Positions 53,501 through 64,000 of a DNA stretch of 64,000 nt are shown here, one piece after another. The notes under the pieces are model-generated. The model was not told the origin of the DNA. It worked only from the letters and a program-made list of their open reading frames with translations, and did no database searches. The DNA comes from Tubiluchus corallicola. Taxonomy: Eukaryota; Animalia; Priapulida. Each line of letters starts with the position of its first letter. Position 1 is the stretch's first letter. The position numbers and the translations under genes were made by a program. Location of the stretch: positions 62,001 through 126,000 of the forward strand of contig JAQGDQ010000568.1 in NCBI GenBank assembly GCA_030141605.1, written 5' to 3'.

Positions 53501-56016
53501 TTTGTGTATTATTACTATTTGCAGCAACACTGGACTTGGTATTTCATCATTTTCTGCCAGAATTGCAGCAGCAATTGCACCATTCACTGTATATTTTGTA
53601 AGTGTTACACGTAGAACACATTCCCAAATGATTTACAGATACAAATTTTTCTGCTTTCGGATTTTTTGTTCATTACCACATTGTGCTTATTTAACAATAA
53701 GCTTTTTCACAGTTGCAGCGATTGATGAGGATTGTGAAAAGGTCAAAGGTTAAGTGTACGAGACAACGCATTTGCGTACAGTTGACAACGCCACGCAGTT
53801 CAAGCTATTGTAATAGCAACAGTTTTGACAGCTAGCTAGAAACTTACCTAGTCCATTTTTCTTGTTCCCAAGCAATGTCCTGCTAGTAAACCATGCACAG
53901 ACTAATGCATAATTAAGTAAAGTTTACATAAAGCAGCTGAAGTTACTGAACTGATGCCCACGACTTTGCTTTACCCACATGTCGCCCACGACGGCGTTAG
54001 TTAAGACGCGTTGCTGTGGTTCCATATCTTTTGACCTACAACAACTGCGCGTGCACATAACGAAACAAGCCATTGATCTGTCTGTCCATCGTTAAACCTG
54101 TTACTTATTCAAACCGTATTCATATACTGCCTTCTGAACACGACATTATGCAGCTTCTTCCATTTTGGAATGACCAAGTTAGGCTTTATAGTCGAAAGAG
54201 CCAACCAATGAACTCGTCCTGTGCCTTTTTCACATTCATCCTAAACAAACTACTGAATTTCCATACAGACATAGCAAGAGAGCACGTGTTAGCTTACGTG
54301 GTGTCTTGGTTTAGTAGTCAGTGGACAGTTCAATCGTTGGTGCTCCCAGGCCAGACTGACAGCCTACTGATCCAATGCTGAGAAAGCTCAAAGGTGAAAT
54401 ACATCGTATGTCCTTTGTGAAGTTTCATTTTTACACAAAAACAGAAAGAAAATGCTCCAGCTAAGATTTTCTGATGCTTTTCACTTTTTCTTGGTGGTTT
54501 ATGTAAGAGGAAATCTGGAACTTGATTTTGCGCGTTTTTCTCGTTAGATGACGCCAGCGATATACGTGACTTAGTTACGTCAGCATTTGCGTTTTGGTTA
54601 CAGCATTGTTTACAAATTCAGCGTCACAGAAACGACGCGGTATCCATGAAAGCCGTTGCTAACACATTTGTTTTTCTGCGATTTTCCGAAATTCCACGAG
54701 CAAGACCGAATAAAATGTTTTTTTTTTGGGAGGGGGATTCAACTTCGAGACTCGATTTCATTAGACAGGAAGCCATGAAATTGAATAGAATTAGTGTCAA
54801 ATTTTAATTCCGTTGGCGCTTTTATTTAAGGAAAACGTGACTTCAAAATTTACCTTTAAGAAAGTTTCTCAAAAATGTTCGATGTTCGATAGTTTGGTCT
54901 TTCAATTTCTGTTTCGTTATCTTTCGATTAGTAGATAAACTTGGCGTTAATATCAATTATCATATCCATTTGCTATTAGTTGCTGCAAGTCAGGACATGT
55001 AGAATTTTCACTACCATTTGTAATGCTATATGACTGTGCATATATGTAGTTACATTTTAGAGTAGTTTTTATGTGCCATGTAAATGTTTTATTTTTCTAT
55101 ATGTCTTTATGCAGAAAGAAAAGTAATTTAACCTATTGTACATTGTCATCAACATTAATAACGTATTTTTGGTGAATCAGTGGTGCACACTGGGAAGGCG
55201 TTGCAGTGCAGACTTTACCAGGTGATGCGAATATTTTAAATTATGAAGAATTTTCTTTACATAAACCTTTCAAACAGTAAGCGTAATATTAAGTAATGCA
55301 ACTTTGTGTGGAAAGTTTTTTTGGGATATACTTTAACATTTCCTTTTCTGCTTCCCTTTAATTGGCTCAGGCAGGTATATCGTTTTGTATCTTTCTTCTA
55401 TCTTTTTTCTTTTTTAATTAAAAAGTTCTGTTGTACGTCAAACTTGTTATAAATTTAATCTTCGCATGAAATACTACATTGAAGTGCCGTATTAGACAGT
55501 ATCAATTTTTCAGTAAAACATTTAATAAAGATTTTTATCTTAGTTTTTACCAATTTCCCACCGCTTGGAGCGCTTCGAATCAACCTTCCAAATCTCTGCT
55601 AATTCATAAATACCCGCAGGCAACAACTCCTAAGCATTACTCTCATCATAAGCTCACCTTCCCCTTTAAATAAATTCAACAGCTGCGCCACATTACTCCA
55701 TCCTTTTTTGTACATTTCAGCGGTTTTTTTTGTTTCTGTCATGATTCACTTTTGTTTACAGCAACAAAAAACACCTGCAGTTCAACCAATATTGTTTGGG
55801 ACATTGGCTTTAACAGCTGGCTTGTTGATAATGCTTGTACCGGAAACAAGTTGCCGCACGCTTCCTGAAACGTTAGATGAATATACTGATTGGGTAAAAA
55901 ATGATGAGAGAAGGGATACTGAAAAAGTGGCGACCCAGCAAGCTAATGACAATAATATCAAAGAATCCATGGTGAAGACCGAGCAAGTTTCAGTTAAATA
56001 CGAAACATCTGTATAA
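45918..56016 (+). CDS. SLC22 family organic cation/zwitterion/anion transporter (9 coding exons, 551 aa)
   Basis: Exons 45918-46250, 46468-46698, 46890-47086, 48759-48986, 50139-50273, 50880-50965, 52798-52915, 53525-53597, 55762-56016; total 1656 nt in frame. Family motifs [68 protein letters not shown]. Confidence 0.92.
46468..46698 (+). CDS. SLC22 coding exon 2
   Basis: WDLVCDK...ADYLGRK...ALDM; donor GTAAGT. Confidence 0.92.
46890..47086 (+). CDS. SLC22 coding exon 3
   Basis: [20 protein letters not shown]...[15 protein letters not shown]. Confidence 0.9.
47216..47545. repeat. Dispersed repeat, second copy at about 53737-54065
   Basis: Colinear ~330-bp copies in two SLC22 introns; inverted repeat GGTCAAAGGTTAAGT / ACTTAACCTTTAACC. 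Confidence 0.75.
48126..48613. mobile_element. Non-autonomous hAT-like element
   Basis: TIR CAGTGGCAGCTCGT / TAGTGGCGGCTCGT; TSD decayed. Confidence 0.55.
48759..48986 (+). CDS. SLC22 coding exon 4
   Basis: [26 protein letters not shown]...[16 protein letters not shown]. Confidence 0.9.
49581..50030. mobile_element. Non-autonomous hAT-like element
   Basis: TIR CAGTGGCGTAT / CAGGGGCGCAT; flanks GTCACTGT / GTCACTCA. Confidence 0.65.
50139..50273 (+). CDS. SLC22 coding exon 5
   Basis: [36 protein letters not shown]; donor GTGAGT. Confidence 0.92.
50880..50965 (+). CDS. SLC22 coding exon 6 (probable GC donor)
   Basis: [28 protein letters not shown]; donor CAG|GCAAGT, phase 1. Confidence 0.8.
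51578..52250 (+). mobile_element. Kolobok-like MITE family A, full length, intronic
   Basis: TTAA-AGGACAAGAAAAGGGG ... GGGTTTTCTTATGTT-TTAA. Confidence 0.82.
52402..52609. repeat. (CAATG)n/(CAATA)n pentanucleotide repeat
   Basis: Read directly. Confidence 0.95.
52798..52915 (+). CDS. SLC22 coding exon 7
   Basis: [39 protein letters not shown]; an alternative in-frame acceptor lies 24 nt upstream (52774). Confidence 0.88.
53144..53218 (-). pseudogene. Degenerate tRNA-like sequence (tRNA pseudogene or SINE head)
   Basis: Minus strand GGGCTCTCAGCTGAAATGG...GGGTTCGAATCCCGGCTGACCCA followed by T7; the T-loop is intact but the other stems pair poorly. Confidence 0.55.
53525..53597 (+). CDS. SLC22 coding exon 8
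   Basis: [24 protein letters not shown]; donor GTAAGT. Confidence 0.9.
55130..55361 (-). mobile_element. Kolobok-like MITE family A fragment
   Basis: Shared internal sequence, ends CTTCCCT-TTAA. Confidence 0.6.
55762..56016 (+). CDS. SLC22 coding exon 9 (TM12, C-terminus)
   Basis: [13 protein letters not shown]...[13 protein letters not shown]...YETSV-stop. Confidence 0.9.
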   Translation, partial: QQKTPAVQPILFGTLALTAGLLIMLVPETSCRTLPETLDEYTDWVKNDERRDTEKVATQQANDNNIKESMVKTEQVSVKYETSV

Positions 56017-56495
56017 AGTCTATTTGTTTGTGTAGTTTCCTACCAATTAATTTTCCAATAGAAAAGAAGTTGTGAAATCTTATTTCACCTCTACAATTTC
56101 CTGGTACAAATTAAATGAAATGATGCAATGCTCAAATGAATTAATAAAAAGAAAAATTTCATTCATTACGTCGTTTGGCTTGTAATTTTCTTGTTTATTG
56201 TATTCCTCTTTCAGTCTTTCTATGGCCACGCCTTTCCTGCTGTTAACGGTTTTTCTTTTAGCGTGGAAGCTGGCTTCTTCGACTTCGCAGGTCTCATTCA
56301 TCCTCGTTCTGCAGAATTTCTTCTTTAATTGTGTCCAGAGGTTCTAATTCACACTCACTACTATCTTGGTAACATCTATCAATTCTTTCCCATTCACAGC
56401 TTGTTGACGTATTTTCTTAGTGTGGGCTTGACCTGCATTTCAGCTTACCATCTACCCACATCCCACATATTTTCTTCCCAGTGATTAGGGATATG

Positions 56496-56535
<40 letters not shown>

Positions 56536-56849
56536 TACAGAACGATCGAAAAAGTTAAATAAACTGAAAAAACTGAATGTCTTGTTCTTTCCTTTAGGTC
56601 AAACACTCACTCACTCAGCCCGTTGTTTTGAAGCATATGTACCCCAAATTATGAAGCACCATCATCGTTATACCAATCATTAATATTTTAACTCAATTAA
56701 TAACAAACCAGTTCAGTTCAGTTCCGGGTCTCAAACGTTTTCGTATCAAGAGGAGCAGTGAAAAACTACTACTTGACAGAAGAAAACATTCTTAGTGCAC
56801 ATAAACTTTGCAACGTCTTTCCATTATATCACTGATTAGCTTTTTTACC

Positions 56850-58050
56850 TATATTCTGAAATAAAATGCAAATTATTCGATCATCATCAGAAACTCCTTC
56901 CCATGAAACAATTCTTCTTTCATTTTCGTAGAGAGAGCACTTCAAAGAAACGTGCCCTAAGTTTCTCTATAACTCTGAACCACATTTACACTTCCTGTCA
57001 TTCTCTTTTATCCTCCACTTACAAAAGGAATTTCCATTGACCTCCAGTGCACCAATCCTTGTTTTTATTACTAACAGTTCTGAATCATACATCATTCATC
57101 CAGATTTCATAATACGGCTTTTGTTTATATTCTTTATACCTAATAGCAATAGAATATTCTGTCTATCTATTCTGCCATAATTGTAAAAACTTTTCTCTCA
57201 CTCTATGTTCGATGAAATTATCCCAGCATCTTTTTCAAAAAGCGTTATCAGAAAGATTGGAAGTTATTCTTTCCAATCCATCCAGCGATAAATCACTCAA
57301 TGCTAGAATGTTCCCATACACTGATAAATTAAATTTATCTGCTAGAAAGGTCAGCCTGCGGACCCATTTAGATCTCTCTTAACCAATCTCTCACTGTCCA
57401 TAAATATGATTCTGTTCAAATATTTCAAACGTGCCTTGATCTCTCTTTCTTCAAATGATGAAAAACCAACCTCACCTCTTATCGCACACCCACAACTAGT
57501 TTTCCAAATCCATCTTGCAAACGAATCCTATAAACTATCGTACAAGTCTATTTCATTTTAGTAAAAGATTCTGCCAACACAACCAAACATAATCTTAGGC
57601 ATAATCATTGCTTTCCACCTAGTTCTTCTAACCTCCCGTCTAGCATCTGAAGACATAGCAGCTTAATAGCCCCAATCTCTCTTCTGGGAATTCAATAGTT
57701 CTCAAACCTGGGCATCTTTCTTTCCACCTGTTTTTGTTTTCAGGTTCTCTTAACAAAATTCCTAAATATTTCTGTTTTGACGAGTTTTTTTAACTTAAAT
57801 CCAGATAACTTGAATTGATCATCTTCTAGAATGTCATTCCCTGCTAATAATAGTGAGACACATTTCTTGGGACTGAAACTCATACCATACTGTGTACCAA
57901 CATTCTCTGCTATCTTTAGCAGATTATACATCCCTTGCTGTTCTTCCGCAAAAGTGATCACATATACTGCAAAACAACCAAAACATTTATACCACAAGTA
58001 AAATCCTTCTTTTGAGTTTACTAATATTTCTAATACATTGCAACCCTCCA
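56850..58050 (-). mobile_element. Degenerate non-LTR retrotransposon (RT C-terminal half and Cys/His knuckle remnant)
   Basis: Decayed FADD region followed by YGMSFSPKKC, WKAMIMPKIMFG, AIRGEVGFSSFEERE; several frameshifts and stops. Confidence 0.7.
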
Positions 58051-58683
58051 TTTGCAGGGCAAAAATTCACAAGTGTAAAACTTTTGATACCGTTTATTGG
58101 ACAAGATCAATAGGTGAACGACCAAACATCTGTTTGATAGATGCGGATAATATAGATATGCATAGCTGTGGATGGATAGAAACAACCCGCCAGATGCTGT
58201 TCTGATCACACCATTTAATTGGTCGCGGAAGCATCCCTGTTTTTTTGCCATCCGTGTGAGTGGTGCGTAGAAGATATACGTGTGCCATGTACAACTGGGC
58301 TAATTAATAAATGCTATAGATCAACAAAAGCTACTAAATTGTCACACTTATATTCTCTTGTAGCAATAATAGCGCTGATTGATACAGCAAAAAACTTAAA
58401 AAATGTTACTTATATATAATCAAAATATAAGCCTGACTACACATTTAGCCTGCATCAGCCCTGTAGGGCTACTTCTTTAAAATTCTTCAAGAAATGCTAC
58501 ATAAAAGGCGCCATATGCATAGAGCATCCTGCTAGATACAATGTTCCTAACACAACTAGTAAAATAGACTAGCCAAGAACATCAATTGTCATGCTGTTCC
58601 TCATCAATTTTGTCATTTTCTTCAGTTTTGGCTTTAGCAATTATGTCTACTGAAATTCCCAGCATCACCTTTGCTAATTTTGT

Positions 58684-58976
58684 GACGTAGAGAGTTCTCT
58701 TGCAACTTGTTGCGCAACTTCTCTTTGATGGCACGTTCAGATGTAGAGAGTTCTCTTGCAACTTGTTGCACAACTTTTTGATAGCACGTCTAGACGTACA
58801 GAGTTCTCTTGCAACTCGTTGCGCAACTTCTCCTTGATGGTACGTTCATACGTAGAGAGTTCTCTTGCAATATGTTTTCGCAACTTCTTTTTGATGGCAT
58901 GTTCATTCATAGAGAGTTCTCTCGAAACTTGTTACACAACAAATTGCGAGAGACTCTCTACATTTGAACGCGCAAT
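58684..58976. repeat. 53-57-bp tandem repeat, about 5 copies, ending in an inverted copy
   Basis: GTAGAGAGTTCTCTTGCAAC repeated; closes with TTGCGAGAGACTCTCTACATTTGAACG. Confidence 0.85.
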
Positions 58977-60294
58977 TTGAAGCCCCAGCCTCCATATTAA
59001 TATGAATTTAAATGAACAAACTTTTTCTGAACAATTGTTCTAAAGCCTGATTGTCCGAAAAATGTTGAATGCAGAACTCTTTTCACTTGTATTGTTTTTG
59101 TCTGAACAATATAAGGTAAGCTTTGTTTAGCATGATTTCCACACAGTAAGCTATGGGCTTTGTAGAAGCTTGTGTTTTTATGGTTAAAAATACAGTTTGT
59201 AATTATTAATCGTGGCAAATAATTTTTTCAGAAGCAAAAGGCATCGGCTGTTCAGCTCATTCTGTTTGGAACACAGGCTTTCAAAGCTTTGGAAAAAATA
59301 TTAAAAGAAATAATATAAAAATTTGCCTTGCCAACTAACTAATAATAATAGTACAACAAAGATTTTCCAATGAAATTTGACTAAGCCTCGTTTATGTTTA
59401 ATACTAAAGTTTTTTACTATAGTTTCTGAAAAAAATATAGTAATTCAATTTAAACCTGACAGACAGAAAGTTAAGTCAACAAGCAACATTATAATTTTCT
59501 AGTGCTGTTTAGGTGAAGTGATGTAAACTCGATAAATAAATAAATAAATAAATTCCATTAAATTACTATTGCGTACAGAAAAGTTTTATCTCTTCTTATA
59601 CGTTTGACATGTCATTTACCCTACTTATTAATTTTATTGCACACTAAAAGCATGATGTCTTAGATAGTCGATATAGTCACTGTCGCATAAGGTATCTTAA
59701 CGATCAAGTCATTTTCTCCTAAGATATGACAACCTTCTCCAAAAACTCATTTTTTGTCTGTGTAACCAAAGTTTTTTTAATTACATAAATTATATATTTC
59801 AAGTGAAAGATAGTAACGTCTGTTCTATGTTCAGTTTTGTTTCTGAAAAATGGAAAGTACCGAATGGTACTGTTATTATTTGTTTAGCATCGTTTCTGTT
59901 TAATGATTCAATTTAAAGTTGACTGGCAGAAACATAAGTCAACCTTACACTTTACTCCTGCAGTTTAATTGAAGTGATAAAAACTTATAAATAAGTAAGT
60001 TCAATTCTACCTACTTGCAATAAAATAATTGAGTAAATGGCAGGTCAAACCTACAAGAACAGACATAGCTTTCCATTATTACACTGATTACTAATTTATT
60101 TGATATACTAATGACAGGATCAACCGTCATAAAGACATTTCTCCTAAAAAATGTCAACGTTCCACAAAAAAACATTTTTCGTTTGTGTACCCAAGGCTTT
60201 TTTCATTTATATAGACTTCATGTCAAGCAAATGATATTACAGATTGTTTTTTCACTAGTTTTGTTGGTGAACAATGCTAAGTACTGAGCAGGTA

Positions 60295-60811
60295 TTACTG
60301 TTCTTCGTTCTGTGGAATTTCTTCTTTTATTGTTTGTAGTGGTGATAAATCTCCCTCGCTGTCTTGAGAACATCTCGTAGTTTTTATTTCTTCACTGCTT
60401 GCTGATATATTTTGTTCATGTGAGCTTGATCTACGTTTCAGCATGTCTTCTAACTTCCAAATCTTTTCTTCACAACTCATATCTGGCACAGGAGTATGGG
60501 CCCGCCGTTGCAGCAAAGGAGGAGGTGGTGCTACTGGTCCTTGAGGGAGGGAGGCTGTAGAAATTTGACGAGGCGAGTCGATTTTAATGTTCTGGTCTGT
60601 AGAAGTCAGCAAATCTCGAGGTGTTCTTCTAAATCTAGAGCTAATATTAAAGATCTCATATCGTTGAGACGTGTAGGATCTTGCTCTTTGTCTGAATCCT
60701 TCTTCTGGATGTAGCGTCAAAGTGACAATCGTAGCTACACTTTGAGCAACTCTCACTTTCTCCAATTCTTCAGCATCAATGTTAGATATAATACTAGCAC
60801 TTGGACCACTC
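60295..60811 (-). CDS. SLC16 paralog B terminal exon (cytoplasmic tail)
   Basis: SGPSASII...LHPEEGFRQRARS...LQTIKEEIPQNEEQ-stop. Confidence 0.88.
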
Positions 60812-63800
60812 CTATAAGTACACAAATAGAAACAAATGGCATCATGTAGTACCTTATATCTTAAAAGTATATTAAACTTGTTCTGCAAATTGGTTTCCTA
60901 TATCAATCATGGTCTGTCACAGTACTCCAACAGCAATTGTCCATGACTGTTTGAGTATTAAATACAGGAGGCTTTTCTTCTCTAATAGGAAGGATGCAAA
61001 GTAATCAGATTATATGCATGTGTGAAACGCTAATATACTCAAGTACCTGTCAAACAGTGAGCGAGTATGCAGCGTTTCCAAGATGGCAATGTCTTCAAGT
61101 AAACGCTTCTCTTTCTTCTGCTGCCACTCAACCAAAGACAACAAAGCTGCACATAGCACAACTATTCCTCCTCCAATGTGAAATGCTAAACTATACGAAC
61201 CAGTTTTATCTCGTATCATGCCTGCAGTAGATAATAGAATGCTAGAATAAATTGTTAGTGTATTACTCGGTATTAGCATGTAACGAAATGTTAATTTTTC
61301 TGGTTTATAAGGACAATTTAAGAGATGAATTGAGATATATGTTTTGCAGTAGAAATCGACTTACTTTGTCATGTTTGATATTAAATTGTAATAGAACAAA
61401 TAAATGATCCCAAACTAGGACTGTCTCATTGCTGATTGATCTTCCGAATTTGTGTGATTATCCCATTTTGAAATATAGTGAAAATATTCATTTTGTCATC
61501 TATAGTATTGCTAAAATGATGCTAAGATATTAGCTTAGAAATTTAACCAATGTCCGGCAAGCACACACTGCACCTATCTGTAACAGCGAAAACTTAGATA
61601 CAGCGCTATAGTATCAATTACCACCCAAGTTTAAGCTAAACTATTAAAATTCCAAGTTTATTGATGTGCTTGTGAGACTGTATGCTACATCACAACTGAA
61701 CTCCGTTCTTTCAATGAGGAACAGCACCTATTTTTGTGCATCTTCAATATGCAGCTACCAAACTAAGGAATGGTGAAAGGCATGCAACAGCAAAACGCTA
61801 GCCATGCAAACTTCTGCAGTAGTTCTTTCAGGAAACTGAGTCTTTCTACAAAAATTTTCCCGCAGTTTGTAATTGGGTTTCGTTTTCCTTTAATAGCGAT
61901 GCCTTTTGATACCGTTTGTTCATTGGAAACAGTCGCTTTTAGAATTTATTTAATGTACGTGCTGTGATTGGTCCAACCCGTTGTCTCCAGCATTGCTAAT
62001 TTGCGCAAAAATGCGGAATTGATAGAAGCTTTTAGGCACATTGATGGGCATTTAGCGCTGGCGTGGATCCATTTCTTGAGAACATATTTTAGAAAGCCGT
62101 TTAGGGTTGCCATATATTCAATTTTATCTTAAAATTTAGAATACGAAGTTACCCTGCTTCGACGTCACAATATAAAAATTCACTAAAAACACAGAGTCCA
62201 ACATTATTATACCGAGTGTTCACTAAACACAAAAACCGATAACGCATACGTGGCGCTAATTACGCTTCAACGGAGAGCTGATAAACCATAGATAATAATA
62301 TTACGGCAAGCAGGAAATAGTGTTATCGTTACTACCAACGTCATAGATATGAGGAACGCATTGTACTTTTTTATCCACTAGTTGCATGATGGCGCAGCGT
62401 GTCACGTTTTCGCGCACACGCCGCAGGCAGAGTTAGTTCTTCAATTAGTGTTATTCTCTGCGGCTAGAAACCACGTGAACAACGAGAAGGCGACTTACTG
62501 CCAAAACAAAGCTGTTTACAAACCTACATCTCAAGTAAGTGAAACAAAAATTCATACTTGTTACTGCAAAGTAGAGAGTAAAATGAGCGGCGTATGTCGG
62601 TAATTACAAAGGTGCTCCGTGCACATTTAGAGGTAAGAATCTGCAAAAGCATTCTCCGGCTTTCTTTAAGGAATTAATTTTCTAATGTAGCATTTAGAGA
62701 AGAAACTATGGTTTCTTTATAATGAAATTTCAGGGTGTCAAAATGTTGTAAAAACTTTTTCTATGTAATCTACAAAACTGAATCTAAAAAGGATTATGGT
62801 TGTCTGGTGAAAACTTGCAGCAAATATTACAAAAAAGTGTTGAAAACGAGAAATCTAAACATGGAACTAAGACCATATTAAAGACAGTAAGCAGTGGTCA
62901 GGAAAGCATGCCGAGCTTTTGTATACCTGCTATGGCAGGACCAAGAAGCAGAGTAATAGAATTCATTGCCATCACGAAGCCAAATCCGAGGATGGCTTTA
63001 TCTGTTCCCACTAGAAAAGAGGTAAGCACTGGTAGAAGAACCACAACACACCCATCAAAGAATCCATAAATGACCGCATAAGCAACAAACCCTTCGAAAC
63101 GTTTAACTGAAATGAAACGTGAATTTTATCAAACCTATTGAAGCTATTTTATCAAGTTAAAATTATCCTTGCAGTTCAGACTAACGAGTTCTTGCTAAGT
63201 AAGGTCGCTGATTAAACTCGCCAAGTAGATCACAAGCATGTTCAAGACTTGATGCAACTTAGTGTCCCATAGTAAGTGCGAGCTGACACTCCCTTCTCCA
63301 TTCATTGCAAGAAGTATTGAGAGCAGCTCGCGGAGGCATTCACACTAGGCATGAATTTGCAGGAAATTACTTTGCAACACTGTCGGAGGGTATGAAATAA
63401 CTCACGCACAGTAACTCGCAAAGCAGTTCACACTTGCGAGTTTGCTGTCACAGAGAGAAAACTCGAGCAGAAAACTAGCTAGTCTGAACTGAAGTGTTAG
63501 ATAATTTCATAAAGATTTCTGTAAGGTAGTCTTAATGACTGTATAACTTTTATGAAATAGCTTCAGATTTTAATTATCTACCGTAAAGGTACGCATCATT
63601 GATTATCATCATTTGTACAAAGCCTATTGTAATTTCTGTTCTACTCCACATTTGCTTTTAAAAAAATTAATACACGTTTCTCTTACTTAATGGCATTAGT
63701 GCAGAGGTAATACCAATGACTACCATAGAACACTGATGAAGTCTAAATTTGCTCACTCCTTTACAATCTGATATCCTCCCAAATGTGATGCGTCCAATAG

Positions 63801-63876
63801 TGGCACTGAGGCCCATTAACATTACAACTAGTGAACCCTTGGATGAGTCCACACCAACATCCTGACAGTGAGCCAC
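60295..63876 (-). CDS. SLC16A10-like: SLC16 MCT10/MCT8-like paralog B, 3' four exons (5' exons outside the window)
   Basis: Exons 63876-63687, 63106-62927, 61221-61047, 60811-60295; intron positions and phases match exons 5-8 of paralog A and the peptides are clearly similar. Confidence 0.9.
61047..61221 (-). CDS. SLC16 paralog B exon (equivalent to exon 7)
   Basis: GMIRDKTGSYSLAFHIGGGIVVLCAALLSLVEWQQK. Confidence 0.9.
62927..63106 (-). CDS. SLC16 paralog B exon (equivalent to exon 6)
   Basis: KRFEGFVAYAVIYGFFDGCVVVLLPVLTSFLVGTDKA...LGPAIAG. Confidence 0.9.
63169..63493. mobile_element. MITE with CAGTTCAGACTA inverted termini
   Basis: CAGTTCAGACTAACGAGTT at the left end, AACTAGCTAGTCTGAACTG at the right; resembles 19037-19160 and 58684-58976. 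Confidence 0.6.
63687..63876 (-). CDS. SLC16 paralog B exon (equivalent to exon 5)
   Basis: VAHCQDVGVDSSKGSLVVMLMGLSATIGRITFGRISD. Confidence 0.9.
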
Positions 63877-64000
63877 CTAGCCAAAAAAAGATTCACTGGT
63901 GTGTCTAGTCTAGTTAGAAAATCGACTGATGACCAGTAGAAATTGAGTTGAATCGAATCGAATTTATTGAATTTACTAGCATACAAGCATATATGAATAG

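Overview
This is AT-rich eukaryotic (animal, probably invertebrate) genomic DNA with GT-AG introns, many microsatellites and dense non-autonomous transposons. It is not prokaryotic, and most ORFs in the supplied track are microsatellite artefacts or exon fragments. I assembled three spliced MFS transporter genes by hand, with consistent exon phases. (1) A complete 8-exon SLC16 gene, MCT10/MCT8-like, minus strand 32587-45042, 748 aa, with a C-terminal tail of about 300 aa. (2) A complete SLC22 gene with 9 coding exons, plus strand 45918-56016, 551 aa, head-to-head with gene 1 and probably using one GC-AG intron. (3) The last four exons of a paralogous SLC16 gene, minus strand 60295-63876, whose 5' part lies outside the window. 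The window also holds an intact tRNA-Leu(TAG), tRNA-derived SINE-like copies, several LINE fragments, Kolobok-like (TTAA), hAT-like and PIF/Harbinger-like MITEs, and 29-bp, 84-bp and ~56-bp minisatellites. No coding gene was found in the first 32 kb. The most interesting lead is a set of signalling-motif islands conserved between the two SLC16 tails. I found no convincing evidence of a wholly new biological system. All family and motif assignments come from recall, not database searches.
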